A stretch of DNA of 57,475 nt, filler included, from Dugesia japonica (lineage: Eukaryota), in NCBI GenBank assembly GCA_001938525.1. It is 6 parts of 6 records of this genome, joined end to end, with 100 filler letters (N's around TTAATTAATTAA, not from the genome) between each part and the next. Parts side by side here need not be neighbours in the genome. Positions count along the whole stretch, not along the records: positions 12,512 to 21,617 come from MQRL01584140.1; positions 21,718 to 31,418 come from MQRL01553871.1; 4 more parts are not named here. The stretch is one strand, 5' to 3'. Positions 12,512 through 25,922 of the stretch are shown piece after piece (position 1 is the first letter of the stretch; every line of letters starts with the position of its first letter). The position numbers and the translations under genes were made by a program. The notes beneath the pieces are model-generated. The model made no database searches. It had not been told where the DNA came from and was given only the letters and a program-made list of their open reading frames with translations.

Positions 12512-15500
12512 TTGCAATATCGAAAAGGGAATAATTCAATCGAAGAATTTATTCAACAAGTTAAAAAACGCGGAGAAAGTAATGCGACACAAATTGACAT
12601 TTACAAAACTAACCGCATTTTTATTGAAGTATTGCTTGGATGATAAATCAATGAAAGAAGAAGTGGCTAGATTTGAGTATACAGAATCTCTTCTCAAATT
12701 AAAATCAGGTAAAGAAAAAAATGAAGAAGATGAAGATCAATGAGGGCCGACTCCAGTGAAATATATAAAAGAAATTCTGAAATCAGTAGACGAAAAAAAT
12801 AGAAATGCAGATATTTCGGTTCTCAATAAACCAAGTTATGCCCAAGTTACAAGACAAAAGTACAATGCGTATCCATATCATCAAAGGAATGTTTGAAGTG
12901 AGATGATTGGAAGAAAGAATTACGGTCAAAAATCAAGAAATCAATATGAAACCAACAATGAATAACAATTGCAAAGAAGAACAACTCATACGAAATCAAT
13001 GAATTCTGATAATTATCAAAAAAAACATTCAATGTTATGGATGCNAAAAATTCGGTCATATCAGAAAAAATTGTCCGAATTTGCGTTGTTCAACGTGTCA
13101 AAGGAGAGAACATTTAAGCAGAAATTGGTTTCAATCAAGAAACAATCACATAGAGAAGAATATTACCAATAGAAACAATTATGATAATTATAGAACTCAA
13201 AATTTTGAAGAAAGGAAATTTCCCAATCAGTATGATCGAGTTGCTGCACTGGATGATGTCTGTTCTAAAAATGGAAATGCTCAGATGATTACGGAAAACT
13301 ACGAAGCTTCGACCAAAGGGGAAATGATCGGAGCTATTCAGATGAAGTAAGTGTTGTCTTTGATTCGAGATTTATTAAATATGAATATGATGCTGTGAAT
13401 GTATGTGACTGTATGTCTGCTTATAATGTATGTTTGAATGAATGTTCTGAAAATTATATAGATATTATTGATAATTCAAATAATTGACTTGATAATTCAA
13501 ATAATTGTTTTGATAATTTTGATAATTTTTTAATAATGAATTTGATGAATGTTTTTTTTTTTTACAGATTTAAATTTTGAAAATAATGAAAATACTTCTT
13601 TAACTGTTAATATAAATAATGTAATTATAGGAAATAAGTTAGATTAAAGGCCGTTTGATTGTGTATATTTGATTGTGCATAGAGTTTTATAATCAATAGA
13701 AAAGTCTTTAAAAATATCTTGCGCAAATGGAAGTCCATTGAAAATATTTGGACACTGTTTTATAAATTTAAGATATAAGTATAAAAGTATTAAAAATAGC
13801 TTTTTCTTGGCATTGGATATAATCCCTGAAATTATAATAGGAATATATATTTAAGAAAAATTAAATATAGGCTTAGTGAATATGAATGCGTTAATTTCTC
13901 GTAAAGACATGAAACATATAGATTTATGTAATTTAGAAGGTAAATTTACGAAAGAAATAACATATTTTGATAAACATGAAGCTTTAAAATTAAAAAAACA
14001 TTATAGGAAAAACTCATCCATTATATAAAACAATAATGAAATTTAGCAATATTTTTATGGCAAANNNNNNNNNNNNNNNNNNNNNNNNNNNNNNNNNNNN
14101 NNNNNNNNNNNNNNNNNNNNNNNNNAATAGTTGTACCACATAGACGACAACCAATACATTATGATGAGAAAATTAAAGAAATTATTTAGAATTTGAAGGA
14201 TAATAAAATAATATCGAAATGCGAATCCCCATGTAATTCCACAATTGTATGTGTTTAAAAGAAGAATTCAACTGATATTAAAATGTGCTTGGATTTTCGG
14301 TTGTTAAATAAANNNNNNNNNNNNNCTGCATTCCCTATTCCGAATGTGACCGAAATGCTAGATTCACTACATGGAGCTAAGTACTTTTCATCAATAGATC
14401 TTGGAAATGCATATTACTAAGTTGAATTGTAGGATGAATCAAAAATTAAAACAGCATTCTCAACAAAATATGGACAATATTATTTTAATAGAATGCCGTT
14501 TGAAATTGTGGCAGCGCCATCCACATTTCAAAAATTAATGACGATTAATATAGGAGACATGAATTGGAAAGAAACTTTGGTATATCTTGATGATATTTTA
14601 ATTTTTTCGAAAACAATTGATGNCCATATTTCAATTTTGGACAAGCTTTTTACAAGGATATCTAAATCTGGTTTACAAATTAATCCTGATAAATGCAAAT
14701 TTCTGGTATCAGAAATATAATTTTTAGGTCACGTAATTAATACTGGTGGAATATTGACAGTTTAAAAAACATATCAGAAGCTTTTTGGGTCTAACTACTT
14801 ACTAAAGGAAATTCATTGAAGGATATTCTCAACTAGCAAAACGACTAAAATCTTTATTAAGTATGAAAGAAAAGAAAATCATTTGGACATCTGAATGTGA
14901 AGTAGCATTTGGGAAACTGAAAGAGAAAATGTCAAATGCTCCTATATTATGTCACCCTGATTTTATTCGTGAATTTATTCTAGAAATGGACGCTAGGTTT
15001 GACAGTATTGGTGACGTATTGTCCCAAAAATATAATTTCGGAAGAGAAAAATTCATTGCTTACTGTTCAAAAAGTATATCACTATGATAAAAGTATATAC
15101 TGCATTACGAGAAAAGAATTACTTTAAGTATTTCACTTTACTCAACACTTTAAGCATTATTTATATGGAAAACAATTTGTATTGCGAACAGACAATAAAA
15201 CGATAACTTTCATGTTAACAACAAGAAAAACAATTACCGCTCAATTTCAAAATTCGATAAATTTTTTCAGTAGTTTAAATATCAAGTTCGAGTACAAAAA
15301 AGGAGAGAAACATTCAAACGTAGATGCTTTATCAAGATTGAATAACCATTTTTGTAAACAATGTAATATGGAACACGCTGATGCTAAAACTAAAAAATCC
15401 CAAACTCGTTTATTAGTTGTAAATGAAGATATCATTAAATATGAAATGCAGAGAAATAATGAGGAAACTAATGCAATAATAAAAAGATTGATAGTGAAGA

Positions 15501-16369
15501 GACAATAAAATTTGAATATCAAGACGAAATTGTTTTTAAAAATAGTAAAATATAAGTTCCTAAAGATAAACGAAATGACACCATTTCGGAAACGCACAAG
15601 AAATTATACCATGCTGGATTTCAGAAGGTGTACGATTTTTGAAACAAAGATATTATATGGAAAACTTTGAAGAATATGTAAAGAAAAATATACAGAATTG
15701 CAGAATATGTCATGAAAGAAATATGTATACAATGAAAACGAAAGAGGAATGTCTAAAATAGATTTTTGTGGACCATTTAAATTGACAAACACAAGAAAAA
15801 GTATATATTTAAAATTATTGGTCTGTATAGCAAATATATTTTATTAAAAGCAGTAAAAAATCAAGATGATAAACTTTAATCAAGATTTTAAGTGAATGTT
15901 GGTTATTGAAGTTTGTTTCACCGAGATCGATTCATGTTGATCATGGAAGATGTTTTTTATCTTCGAATTTCAAAGATTTGGCAGCGAAATTTAATTTTAA
16001 AATAAAATATTCTAGTTCATACCACCATCAAGCAAATGGTCACATTGAACAGCAATTTCGAACGATTAGAGACTGTGTCGAAGATAAATTATTCAGAAAT
16101 TGGGAAGAATGTTTACCTCAAATAGAATTGATTATGAATTTGACAATTCATAAAAGTACTAAATAAGTCCTGCAGAAATAATTTTTGGGAAAAATCTAAA
16201 TATAGATAAATTTGAAAGCTCAAATAAATTTCTAACCAATGAGGATATATCGAATCAAATGCATAATAAAACAGAAAGGAGTTTTTAAATTGGTGACAAA
16301 GTTTCGAGTAAAATTAATGTTAGAAATAAGCAAGAAAAACGATTCGATGGTCCTTACACTATAATTGAT
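12512..16369 (+). mobile_element. Degraded Ty3/gypsy LTR retrotransposon internal region (gag, PR region, RT, RNase H, integrase)
   Basis: Zinc knuckles CYGC.KFGHIRKNC and CSTCQRREHLSRNW; CANGSPLKIFG; RT CLDFRLLN, YFSSIDLGNAY, MPFEI..AP.TFQ, VYLDDILIFS; RNase H FILEMDA, RTDNK, HSNVDALSR; integrase DFCGP, HVDHGRCF, YHHQANGHIE; terminal RFDGPY. Many stops and frameshifts. Confidence 0.93.
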
Positions 16370-16571
16370 NNNNNNNNNNNNNNNNNNNNNNNNNNNNNNN
16401 NNNNNNNNNNNNNNNNNNNNNNNNNNNNNNNNNNNNNNNNNNNNNNNNNNNNNNNNNNNNNNNNNNNNNNNNNNNNNNNNNNNNNNNNNNNNNNNNNNNN
16501 NNNNNNNNNNNNNNNNNNNNNNNNNNNNNNNNNNNNNNNNNNNNNNNNNNNNNNNNNNNNNNNNNNNNNNT

Positions 16572-16890
16572 TATATAATATATTTCTCGAATCATTGCAT
16601 CACTTATATTCCCCATATTTAAGAATGCAATTAGTCTGTAATTGTCACTTTTATTATAATATAATTTTATTAATTTGGATTTAGTTCTCGATACTAATAA
16701 TTATGATTGTGTAATGATATGTTTTTATACTTCCCTCTCCTTCTGTTTGATATGTTCTTTGATTCTGGTTCTGATTGTTCTTAATTTTTCGCCTTTGTAT
16801 GATTTATTGCATATGGTACAAAATATGTCATAAGTTACATTTTTATTATTACATATGTACCTGTTATTACATATGTATTTTTGCCCATGT
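16572..16890 (-). mobile_element. Penelope-like element GIY-YIG endonuclease fragment
   Basis: Minus strand encodes ICNNKNVTYDIFCTICNKSYKGEKLRTIRTRIKEHIKQKEREV*KH, homologous to the GIY-YIG at 35070-35290. Confidence 0.8.
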
Positions 16891-17849
16891 AAGGATTAAA
16901 AATTGAAAATTGAAATTTAAAGTTTGAAGAAGAAAATTTTATAAAAGATTTCAAGAATTTCTTAAAATATTTAACGACTTTGTTTAAATAATTAGCTTTT
17001 AAAAAGATAGTTTTTTGAAGATTCGAAGATTTGAAATTTATTTTATAAATAAAATTTTATTGAACTTAATGTAGTTTTCAGAGAGTTTATCTGTAACTAA
17101 CAACCCACTTGAGTTATTCTTCGGTTTTTCAGTTGAATTCACAAGAATGTTTGTGTTTTAATATTATTCTAGGTGAATATGTGATCTTCGATTTTTATAT
17201 TCTGCATCAATTGACTACATAAAAATGTAACTTATGAAATCTAAAAGATTTTTTAAAAATTTTTTGTAACTTTAAAAGTTTTTTACAAAAATTTTCTTTT
17301 AAAGTTTTAAGTTCATTGAAAGTCTTAGTTCATTTTCGTAATTTTGAAAATATTTAATTTTATCATTCAGAGATCCATGGTTAAAAATTTTTAAAAAGTA
17401 ATGTAATGTAATGTAAAATGTAACTTTCACAAAAACAAATAATTATAATAATAAATGATAATATTAATAATAATAATGGTAAAAATAATGAAAATAAAGT
17501 GATATTTATTATAAGAATAATATTAAATAATAATATTAATTATAAGAATAATAATAAAATTAATAATAATTATAATATCCTTATTTCCTAGAAAGATATT
17601 TGAAAATAAAAATAATAATTTGAAAATATAATATAGAAATTCTAGATAAAATAATTTAATCGTTCAAAAAATCTAACTAAATCAACCGAAACTAGCATTT
17701 CAAGCTTCTTTGGTTCATCAAGAAATAATAGACACGCAATTCTACTAACTAATCAACGGTATCGTGATATTTCTATCAATTAACGATGACATTGACTTTT
17801 AGCAGCATTCAATGGTCCTCAGCCTTAGATAATCAGGTATTAAAATTAG

Positions 17850-18060
17850 TAATTGCACAATGCATTCCATTTACCATTGGATAAGGAAGAATTTTTTGCA
17901 ACAAATCTATTGTTGCAGTGTATTATTAAAAAGTTTGTTTTGGTGTATGTATACTTAATTACTTTGTATTGAAATTAATTACCGAAATCCTATGATTTTT
18001 TAAGATAATAATGAAATAACTCCAGTATCTGATTAAGAATTTAGAGGGCTCTTACACACT
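17850..18060 (-). pseudogene. Possible retropepsin (aspartic protease) remnant
   Basis: KFLI/DTGVISL with one frameshift resembles the FLIDTGA catalytic motif; little else recognisable. Confidence 0.3.
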
Positions 18061-18635
18061 ATCGGTTAAAAAATGACTTTTACTCCACAGTTTCTTATTA
18101 TTTATTGTAATTTATTATTGTATTTATTTTTAAATTTCAAAAATAACAATCATAAATTTATGAAGATGTTTTAATTTCGTTTTCTATAATTTCATGTTAC
18201 GTATATTTAGTAAATATTGAAAGTAAATTTGTAATCAAATTTAATATATTAAAAATATATTAAATAACTATTTACCTCCACAATCATTAACCCTTGATTT
18301 TTAAAAAAAATTAAATGTGCATTTTTATCACGAATTTTAATTTTTTAAAAGATGAAGTATTTTTCAATTTTCCAAAATTTTTAGGTGCACATGAAAGAAA
18401 ATAAAATTTCTTTTATACTTCTATACCATTTTTACTAGCTTAGAAACTTTTGCGTTATAATATTCTGATTTGTATAATTATATAAAAATAAAACGAATCG
18501 TAAAATTCACCTGAGAAAACAAAACTAAATATTGTTGTATGTTCATTTTATTATTTATTTTATTATTACTATTATTATTTCTATTATTATTTATATTAGT
18601 ATTTCTATTTTATTATGCATATTTTATTCTAATTG

Positions 18636-18830
18636 AGTAGGTAGATAGTAGAGCACTGGAGGTTGATCTATGAATTTTGAAGTAATCTATGAATTTTTTA
18701 AAAGTAAATCACTTGGATTTTGTTATAAAGATTTTTGGGATCAAAAAAGTTTTGATCGGATAATTTTTTTGATCTGCATTGGAAATTTTTGATCCTGTGG
18801 GTGTGTGTGTGTGTTTAAATTTGATTTACA
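18636..18830 (+). mobile_element. Polinton/Maverick-like left terminus
   Basis: Begins AGTAGGTAGATAGTAGAGCACTGGA, followed by repeated TTTTGATC motifs and a (GT)n run. Confidence 0.5.
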
Positions 18831-19869
18831 AAATTTCTGTGTTTGGAAAGTTGAGGTGGTTAATTTGAAATGTGTTTTGGTGGTTTTGTGATATGGATGT
18901 GTTGTGACCAAAATTCTGTCTATACATTGTCTAAAAGACTTATGAGGTGGTATGCGTGGTTTCGTCTACAAGGGGTGGTATCCTGATGAGTTATCATGCG
19001 CTCATTTTTTGGAAGGGTATATGTTTGTATATATTAATAGGAATTTGGTTGTTGATAGTTTGTTGAAAAGGTAATGTGATGAGGAATATGGCTGTGGTTG
19101 AGTGTACCCGAATTTATGACGTTTTGTGTGGAAATTTGATTGGTTTATGTTTGTAAGTAGTATAAAGGTGTTAAAAAAACTTTTTGGGCTGGAAAATGGT
19201 TTATGGGTTGAAAGGTAATTAATTATCGGATTTTAAATATTTAAATAAATTTTTTCCGTTGGGTGGTGTGACGTAATAATTATTTGAAAAATTTTGATTT
19301 TTATAAAAATGATGAATTTTATAATTTTTAATAATAAAGATTCATTAAAATAAAGAAAAAGCTTCGGTTATTGTAAATAATAATTTTTGATGTTTTATTT
19401 TTATATTATTGTGGTACGTTTTTTATTTTAAGTGTTTAATTATTATTAATCAGATTGTAAAAAATTTTGTATCAAGTTAGAAGTTGTAATAAATCTAAAT
19501 TTAAATTGATAATCCTTATTAAATTGGATTTTGTAAAGATTATTTTCTAAAAATTGTAATAAATTTTTAATATATTTTAATAAATATTAGTTAGGTAGTT
19601 ATTAGAATTTTTTAATACATTATTTATTATTATATTATATTATATTATATTTATTCAGTATTACAATAATTGTTAATTTTGTTATTAAATTTACATGTAA
19701 CTAACAATAATAATATTATTTCATAATTCGGATTACCTAGACATTTGTTGGATTTCAATATTTTAACTTCTAGAAAAAGTTATTTTACATTATAAAAGTG
19801 TAAAATATTACATTTAAAACAAAGAATAATACATAATAAAATAGTAATTTGAAAATATGTTATTGCTTT

Positions 19870-20315
19870 TCCTTAATATAACATCAGTTTATTTGAGTGT
19901 CCTCTCTATGATAAAAAAAATTCAAATCGTTAACTGGACAAAACTGTCATACAAGAAATAAAAATGTCAAACAAATAGTCCACTAATAATTAATTAAAAA
20001 AATTATCCAAAATCACATATAGTATGATAAATATCCGATAAAAAAGCATTATAAATGAAAGAATAATGAAAATGAAACCGGACATAATGTATTATGTACA
20101 AATGTAAGTACTTTTTGAACAAAACCATAAACAGATCATTTTGTCAATTTAATATCATTTGGAGTACAAGAAATTCTAACAAATAAGAGATTGCCTTAAT
20201 TATGATGCACCAGAAATTTTTTTCCATGAAGATGAATACTTACAATTTGATAAATTTTATTTTAAAAACAAAGTACCACTAATATCAATTGCAGACATTG
20301 ATGAATGTAAATAGA
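19870..20315 (+). pseudogene. Degraded protein-primed DNA polymerase B (Polinton-type), region leading into Exo I
   Basis: 20192-20310 encodes CLNYDAPEIFFHEDEYLQFDKFYFKNKVPLISIADID, cf. Polinton pPolB C..H....I..P....LKF.N......VPFVIYADFE; upstream HNVLCTN fragment. Confidence 0.55.
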
Positions 20316-20859
20316 AGAGAGGAGTTCTGGAGAATAAAAACATCTTCCTATCTCCCAGAGAGAAAATGAGTTAGTGTGCACCAATCAGAATGCAGGAAAA
20401 TNNNNNNNNNNNNNNNNNNNNNNNNNNNNNNNNNNNNNNNNNNNNNNNNNNNNNNNNNNNNNNNNNNNNNNNNNNNNNNNNNNNNNNNNNNNNNNNNNNN
20501 NNNNNNNNNNNNNNNNNNNNNNNNNNNNNNNNNNNNNNNNNNNNNNNNNNNNNNNNNNNNNNNNNNNNNNNNNNNNNNNNNNNNNNNNNNNNNNNNNNNN
20601 NNNNNNNNNNNNNNNNNNNNNNNNNNNNNNNNTTTTTTTTAAAGAAACAGTGTTTAAAAATAAAATATTGTTAAGCATATGTTAAATTTGTCTTAATCTT
20701 CTCGTTTCCGTATTGTGTAGTGACTACTCATTAGATTCGTTAAAAAATTAATTTTATTCGACTTGTTAATTTTTTTTGATTATTGTAAAGAATTTATCAG
20801 ATTTTAACTTTTTATATAACTAATTAAAGCAATGTCTATAAATATTCTTATTTTTTTAC

Positions 20860-21460
20860 GGATTTTAAATCACTTGTTTCTGAATATGCAGTGACTGCAC
20901 AACACAGAAACACGAGTAATTTGTTTTTCACGATAAGACGAAGGTTAATGACACACTATTTTTTAAATTAACTATTTTAGAAATCGACTATAGTAAGAAA
21001 TTTAAAATCCATGAACAAAATTCAAAATATGGTGTATATGTGCAATATGCTTTGAAAAAATCAATGAAATCCAGCGTGTCAGCATTTGTCAGTAATTTTT
21101 TCTTACTTTGTTACTAATGATTACTAGTGCTTTTACGATAACCCCAAAACGAGAAAGAAATGACTTAGTTCTAACGAAAAGGCAACTTCTTGAGTGAAAG
21201 TTAATACTCATCCGCGTAAAGTGATGTTCACTTGGTTAAACAAAAAAGGTAAAATCTACTTTAAATTACTTAAAGAAGTATAACTGTCAACTCTAACATG
21301 TACTATCAACAACTTCGTCATCTTAAAGCTGCAATTAAAGAAAAAGACCATTAATCGTTAATCGTTTAGCAACACGATACACTATGGACCGTAAGGGTAC
21401 TTATACTCACAAAACATCTGCAAGAATTTGATCNAAAGTCCTGGTTCTCAATTTTCAGGA
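20860..21460 (+). mobile_element. Degraded mariner (DD34D) transposase
   Basis: STIVRNLKSMNKIQ/YGVYVQYAL/QRVSIC..VLYDNPKTRKK..HPRKVM..KGKIYFKLL..TVNSNMYYQQLRHLKAAIKEK(RP), matching mariner WVPHEL, YDNPKRK, KVMLC and YCQQL.RL..AI..KRP. Confidence 0.85.
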
Positions 21461-22329
21461 TAGACCTGATGATTTTAAATTCATAAAGTGCATGCCTACT
21501 TTGTGTTATCGGTGTTCTAGGCATCTCGCTTATCAATGGTAGACGGAGTGAATAACTACATCCGATTCCGGGACAAACTAATTGCAATCCTGAAATCCGA
21601 GGATCAAAATTTTGGCCNNNNNNNNNNNNNNNNNNNNNNNNNNNNNNNNNNNNNNNNNNNNTTAATTAATTAANNNNNNNNNNNNNNNNNNNNNNNNNNN
21701 NNNNNNNNNNNNNNNNNATAGATTTTAACTTAAATGTTTAGAAAAATGAAATATTCGACCAAATGTTATGATGAAGATTGAAAATAATTGTATGATGGAA
21801 AATCAAATCCGGTTAGTTTTACTTACTTTTAATTGATTTTGGCATTGTGTTAATTATGATTTTAATTTGAATTAATGGTCAAATAATATGAATGAAGCAT
21901 GTATTTTAATTTAAATGAATAGTTAATTATATTATAACTTTTAATAAATCTTGTTTAAATTCATTGTTTGCAATAAATGTAAACTTTTCAANNNNNNNNN
22001 NNNNNNNNNNNNNNNNNNNNNNNNNNNNNNNNNNNNNNNNNNNNNNNNNNNNNNNNNNNNNNNNNNNNNNNNNNNNNNNNNNNNNNNNNNNNNNNNNNNN
22101 NNNNNNNNNNNNNNNNNNNNNNNNNNNNNNNNNNNNNNNNNNNNNNNNNNNNNNNNNNNNNNNNNNNNNNNNNNNNNNNNNNNNNNNNNNNNNNNNNNNN
22201 NNNNNNNNNNNNNNNNNNNNNNNNNNNNNNNNAAATGTAATGAAATCAGGTGGGATTTGATGATTTTATTAAATTTTCACCGTTTATTTTAATTATTATT
22301 AAAAATGTATACTTTTCACATAACTTAAC

Positions 22330-23300
22330 TTGATGATTATATTCAGAATTAGTAAAAATTCTCTATTGAATAGATCCTCTGATGTTCGATTTCGAGATAC
22401 TTTTATTATTTTTTTTCAAAATTTGATGGATTATCATTAGAGACTATAATTAGCTATGATAGAAACCCATAATAAGTACTTGTTTTTAATTTATTTCATC
22501 AATAATAAATAATGATATTTGAAATTAAATTACTTTATTATCCAGTGGTAATAGCAGTTATTTTACAGTTCATCAATGGTAGTTTGATTCCTATGATTGT
22601 CAACTTATTTTACACTATGTTTTTCCTTTATAATTTTATAATTTAATTTAATTTATAATTTTATAATTTTATAGTTTTATAATTTTGTATGCATAAGGTT
22701 TGACGATTTGTAACCAGGTTTTTCCTACTCAACTTTAAATTCTCTATCTAATTAATACATAGATGTTTAAATTCGAGTTACCCTTTACAAATTTCATAAT
22801 TCCCTCCCGGACTCACAAAAATGAAGTACATGTTTTTCTATTTAACTTTTATCTATAAGGTTTGGTGATTATAGGTTTACATATTTGGAATCAGTGAAAG
22901 ATTCCCTATCGAATAGATACCTCTTTGACCAATTTTAAGATACTTTTTGAATTTTCGAAAAAAGTTACCAAATCCGGGAGAACAACTGAATATCTTGGTT
23001 AGGAAGCATTTTTGCTGAGACGATATTTTAACTTTGCATAGTCACTTTTTTCTCCTGAGTAAAATAATACCACATTTGAAACCATACAAGTTATGTACGC
23101 AAAGAAAATTGAGCACCAAAATTCCAAATTTGAGATTTTTCCCCACAAAACCCTATTTATTTCATCGAGTATTAACTTTGGCGATTTTAGGTTTATATAT
23201 TTAGAATCAGCAAAGAATTTTCTAACTAATAAACATGGTTACTTTATGTAAAGATGAGAAATAATTTTTTCGAAAAAGTTTTATTTGTGAAAAATAATCT
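22330..23300. repeat. Probable non-autonomous DNA-transposon body with three diverged internal repeats
   Basis: A TATT(T/C)(A/G)GAAT(C/T)AG...CTA..(G)AATA motif recurs at about 22338, 22880 and 23197; termini not identified. Confidence 0.35.
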
Positions 23301-23519
23301 CCATTGAATTCTCCATCGATTGATGTAAAAATCTCGATAAAAAAAATTTTCAAAATTTCGAAAGTTCTCCCGGATTCCCCCAATAATTTGATTTAAAATT
23401 TTAAAAATCTGAAAATTTACTAAAAAANNNNNNNNNNNNNNNNNNNNNNNNNNNNNNNNNNNNNNNNNNNNNNNNNNNNNNNNNNNNNNNAAAAAAATTC
23501 GACATTTTCCATGAATTTC

Positions 23520-24062
23520 TATAAAACTTCAACCCAAATTGACCGATATCGAGAAAATAATTGACCAAAACGCCCAACAATTACCTAAACTAACCCAAAC
23601 CAAGGAAAAATTAGACCAATTTCACTTAAAACTGTCAAAAATTTACCACATTTGACCTAAGCACCCAAACTAAGCAATCACGAGGAAATATTCGACCGAA
23701 TTCACCTGGACCAACCAAAAATTGACTATATTCGACCTAACCGAGAAAATTCCAAACCAAATTCACCTAAACCAGCCAAAAATTGTCCAGATTCGATCTC
23801 ACCGAAAAAATCCGAACTATATACATATGAAAAATTCTACTGCTTAAAACAACTATAAAAATTTTCCCAACTAAATACAGTAAAAATAAAAAATACTGGA
23901 TCACTTATGCAATAATCTCGTGACGAAATTAATTACATTATGTAACGCACAAAAATGTGTGCCGCCGCCTATTTACATTATAAAAATACTGGATCACTTA
24001 TGTAATAATCCGATTACGTCAACGGGCTGGGGCGTGATCCAGTCCGCTACTATCTAACTACT
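23520..24062 (-). mobile_element. Polinton/Maverick-like terminus with about 60-bp subterminal tandem repeats
   Basis: Reverse complement starts AGTAGTTAGATAGTAGCGGACTGGATCA. TTCACCT...CCAAAAATTG..TTCGA units at 23621, 23701 and 23762; direct repeat AAAAATACTGGATCACTTATGYAATAATC at about 23889 and 23982. Confidence 0.5.
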
Positions 24063-24186
24063 TACACTACTTGTTATCATGTAAATAAAGATTTTATATT
24101 TTGTTTTATTGGTTAATAATATTATTAATGAAGTCAAATAATGATGTGTGGGGTTCACATTTCATTAATTGAATGTTTGATAACAA

Positions 24187-24485
24187 TTTCCGTAAGTGAC
24201 GCTCATGGTTCATTATTTATTACACACATCAATAGTCTGACATTTGATTAATAGAATTCATTATTTATATCTTGTAAAGTCAATTAAATTATGTAAGAAA
24301 AATTAATTTTTGTGTAATAATAAAATGATGCTCACGCTTCATTAATCTTATGTTTTATAAAAGTTTCCGGAAGTGACTCTCGTGCTTCATATATTAATTA
24401 TATCAATAATTACTTTTCGGAAGTGGCGTTCGCGCTTCATTAATTTAATGATATCAACCGTTAGTGACGCTCACGTTTCATTAAT
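24187..24485 (+). promoter_or_regulatory. Array of five diverged TTTCCGGAAGTGACGCTCACGCTTCATTAAT motifs (possible LTR enhancer)
   Basis: Copies at about 24187, 24324, 24364, 24414 and 24458 with variable spacers; the consensus contains ETS-like CCGGAAGT overlapping a CRE half-site TGACG. Confidence 0.55.
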
Positions 24486-24589
24486 TCATTGTCAATTAAT
24501 ATTCGCAGTTAATTAAAAATTAATTATGTGTGAAGTGACTTGTCAATTATCTGGTCCAGTGTCCCGGCCTCTACCTGCTTGCGTAAAGA

Positions 24590-25050
24590 AAAAGTGTACA
24601 TGTTGGCACAGGTGAAACACCTTTTTACTTAATGTACGTAAAGAGGAATAATATGCCAATAGATTTAGAATTTCAACCACCGACAGCTTAATACATGGAT
24701 GTGTCTGACTATAAAACAGTGATGGCAGAGCGTATGCAAACAGCCTGGAAACAGGCTGGTCTGAATATCAAGCATCAACAAGAAAACTATAAAAGCCAAT
24801 ATGATAAAAATACTAAACATCATAGAATTAAAATTGAAGATCTAGTTTACTTAAATAAACCAGAACCAAAGGACATGTCGCTAAAATTATAGAGACCATT
24901 TAAAGGACCGTATGAAGTATGCGAAGTAACTGATACAAATCTACAGTTGAAACCAATTAAAAATAAATAGGCTGAACCAATTATTGTGCATGAAAATAGA
25001 TGTAAAAGGGTAACGGAAGTGGATACCCAGAGATATCCATTGAGATTAAA
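24590..25050 (+). mobile_element. Ty3/gypsy integrase C-terminus (GPY/F module)
   Basis: VHVGTGETPFYLMY..MPIDL..AWKQA..NI..QQ..YKSQYDK..KIEDLVYL..KL*RPFKGPYEV..VHENRCK..RYPLR. Confidence 0.88.
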
Positions 25051-25922
25051 ACAAAAAACTAAAACGGACGGAACAATTGATTTTACAATTAATAAAAATT
25101 TGAAATCGAAAAATGCATTATTATCCACGTTATTCATAATGGGATGCATAGCTGATGTATTCGGTCAGAGACAATGCTACTAAATTAAAAATTATGAACA
25201 GGATGACAATTATTGCAAGGTATATTATGGTATTTCAATAGTAATTCTGATGAAATGTGCATTATTCGTGATTTAAATATATCATCAAGTAAAGTGTACG
25301 AGTTTAATTATGGAATTAACAAAATAATCATTCGAAATTTAAAAAAAGTGAATATTTGTTTAGAATTCATTACTTTGTCAGTGAATATGATAGTAAAAAT
25401 GCAACCAGTAAAATAAAAATGAAAGTTTGAGAGTCACGAATATGGGCAGAGAAAATTAAAAACACGATTGAAATTGAACCGCTTCAGAACGAAATTCACA
25501 TTCATTGGAAACCAATGAATTATTTAAAGGTTACTATTGAATTTTTCAAATTAAATGCCGTGATTTTGGGTACTCTGAATAACAACAACAATATGAAAAT
25601 TTTTTCATAGATTCCTAAAGGACAATATCAATTCCATATTTTTCATGCACCAATAATATTGAGACAAGAGCAAGCGGAAATAATAATCGAAAAACATACC
25701 TCATGGATTATAAATGAAAATATATTCTCAAGCCCAAATATGGTCTAAAGGGAAACAAACACTATTATTAGTGAAACACAGAACTCCGTTGTAAATAGGG
25801 GAAAGGCTGGAGGATGATGAATCACTCTTGGAATCGACTGATGTCGTATATACTCCGACATTAGGGGATTTCAAGAAAAAGTGGTCATTTATTCGAGCAC
25901 CTTTGAGCAAAGCAGGGCAGAT

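Noticed and set aside
18636-24062. Inverted AGTAG termini that look like the two ends of one 5.4-kb element
   Set aside because: They lie on different scaffold pieces separated by an artificial linker, and the flanking 6-mers (TAATTG vs TACACT) do not form a TSD.
24187-24485. Repeat-spacer pattern resembling a CRISPR array
   Set aside because: Repeats are diverged, spacers vary widely in length, there are no cas genes and the context is eukaryotic.
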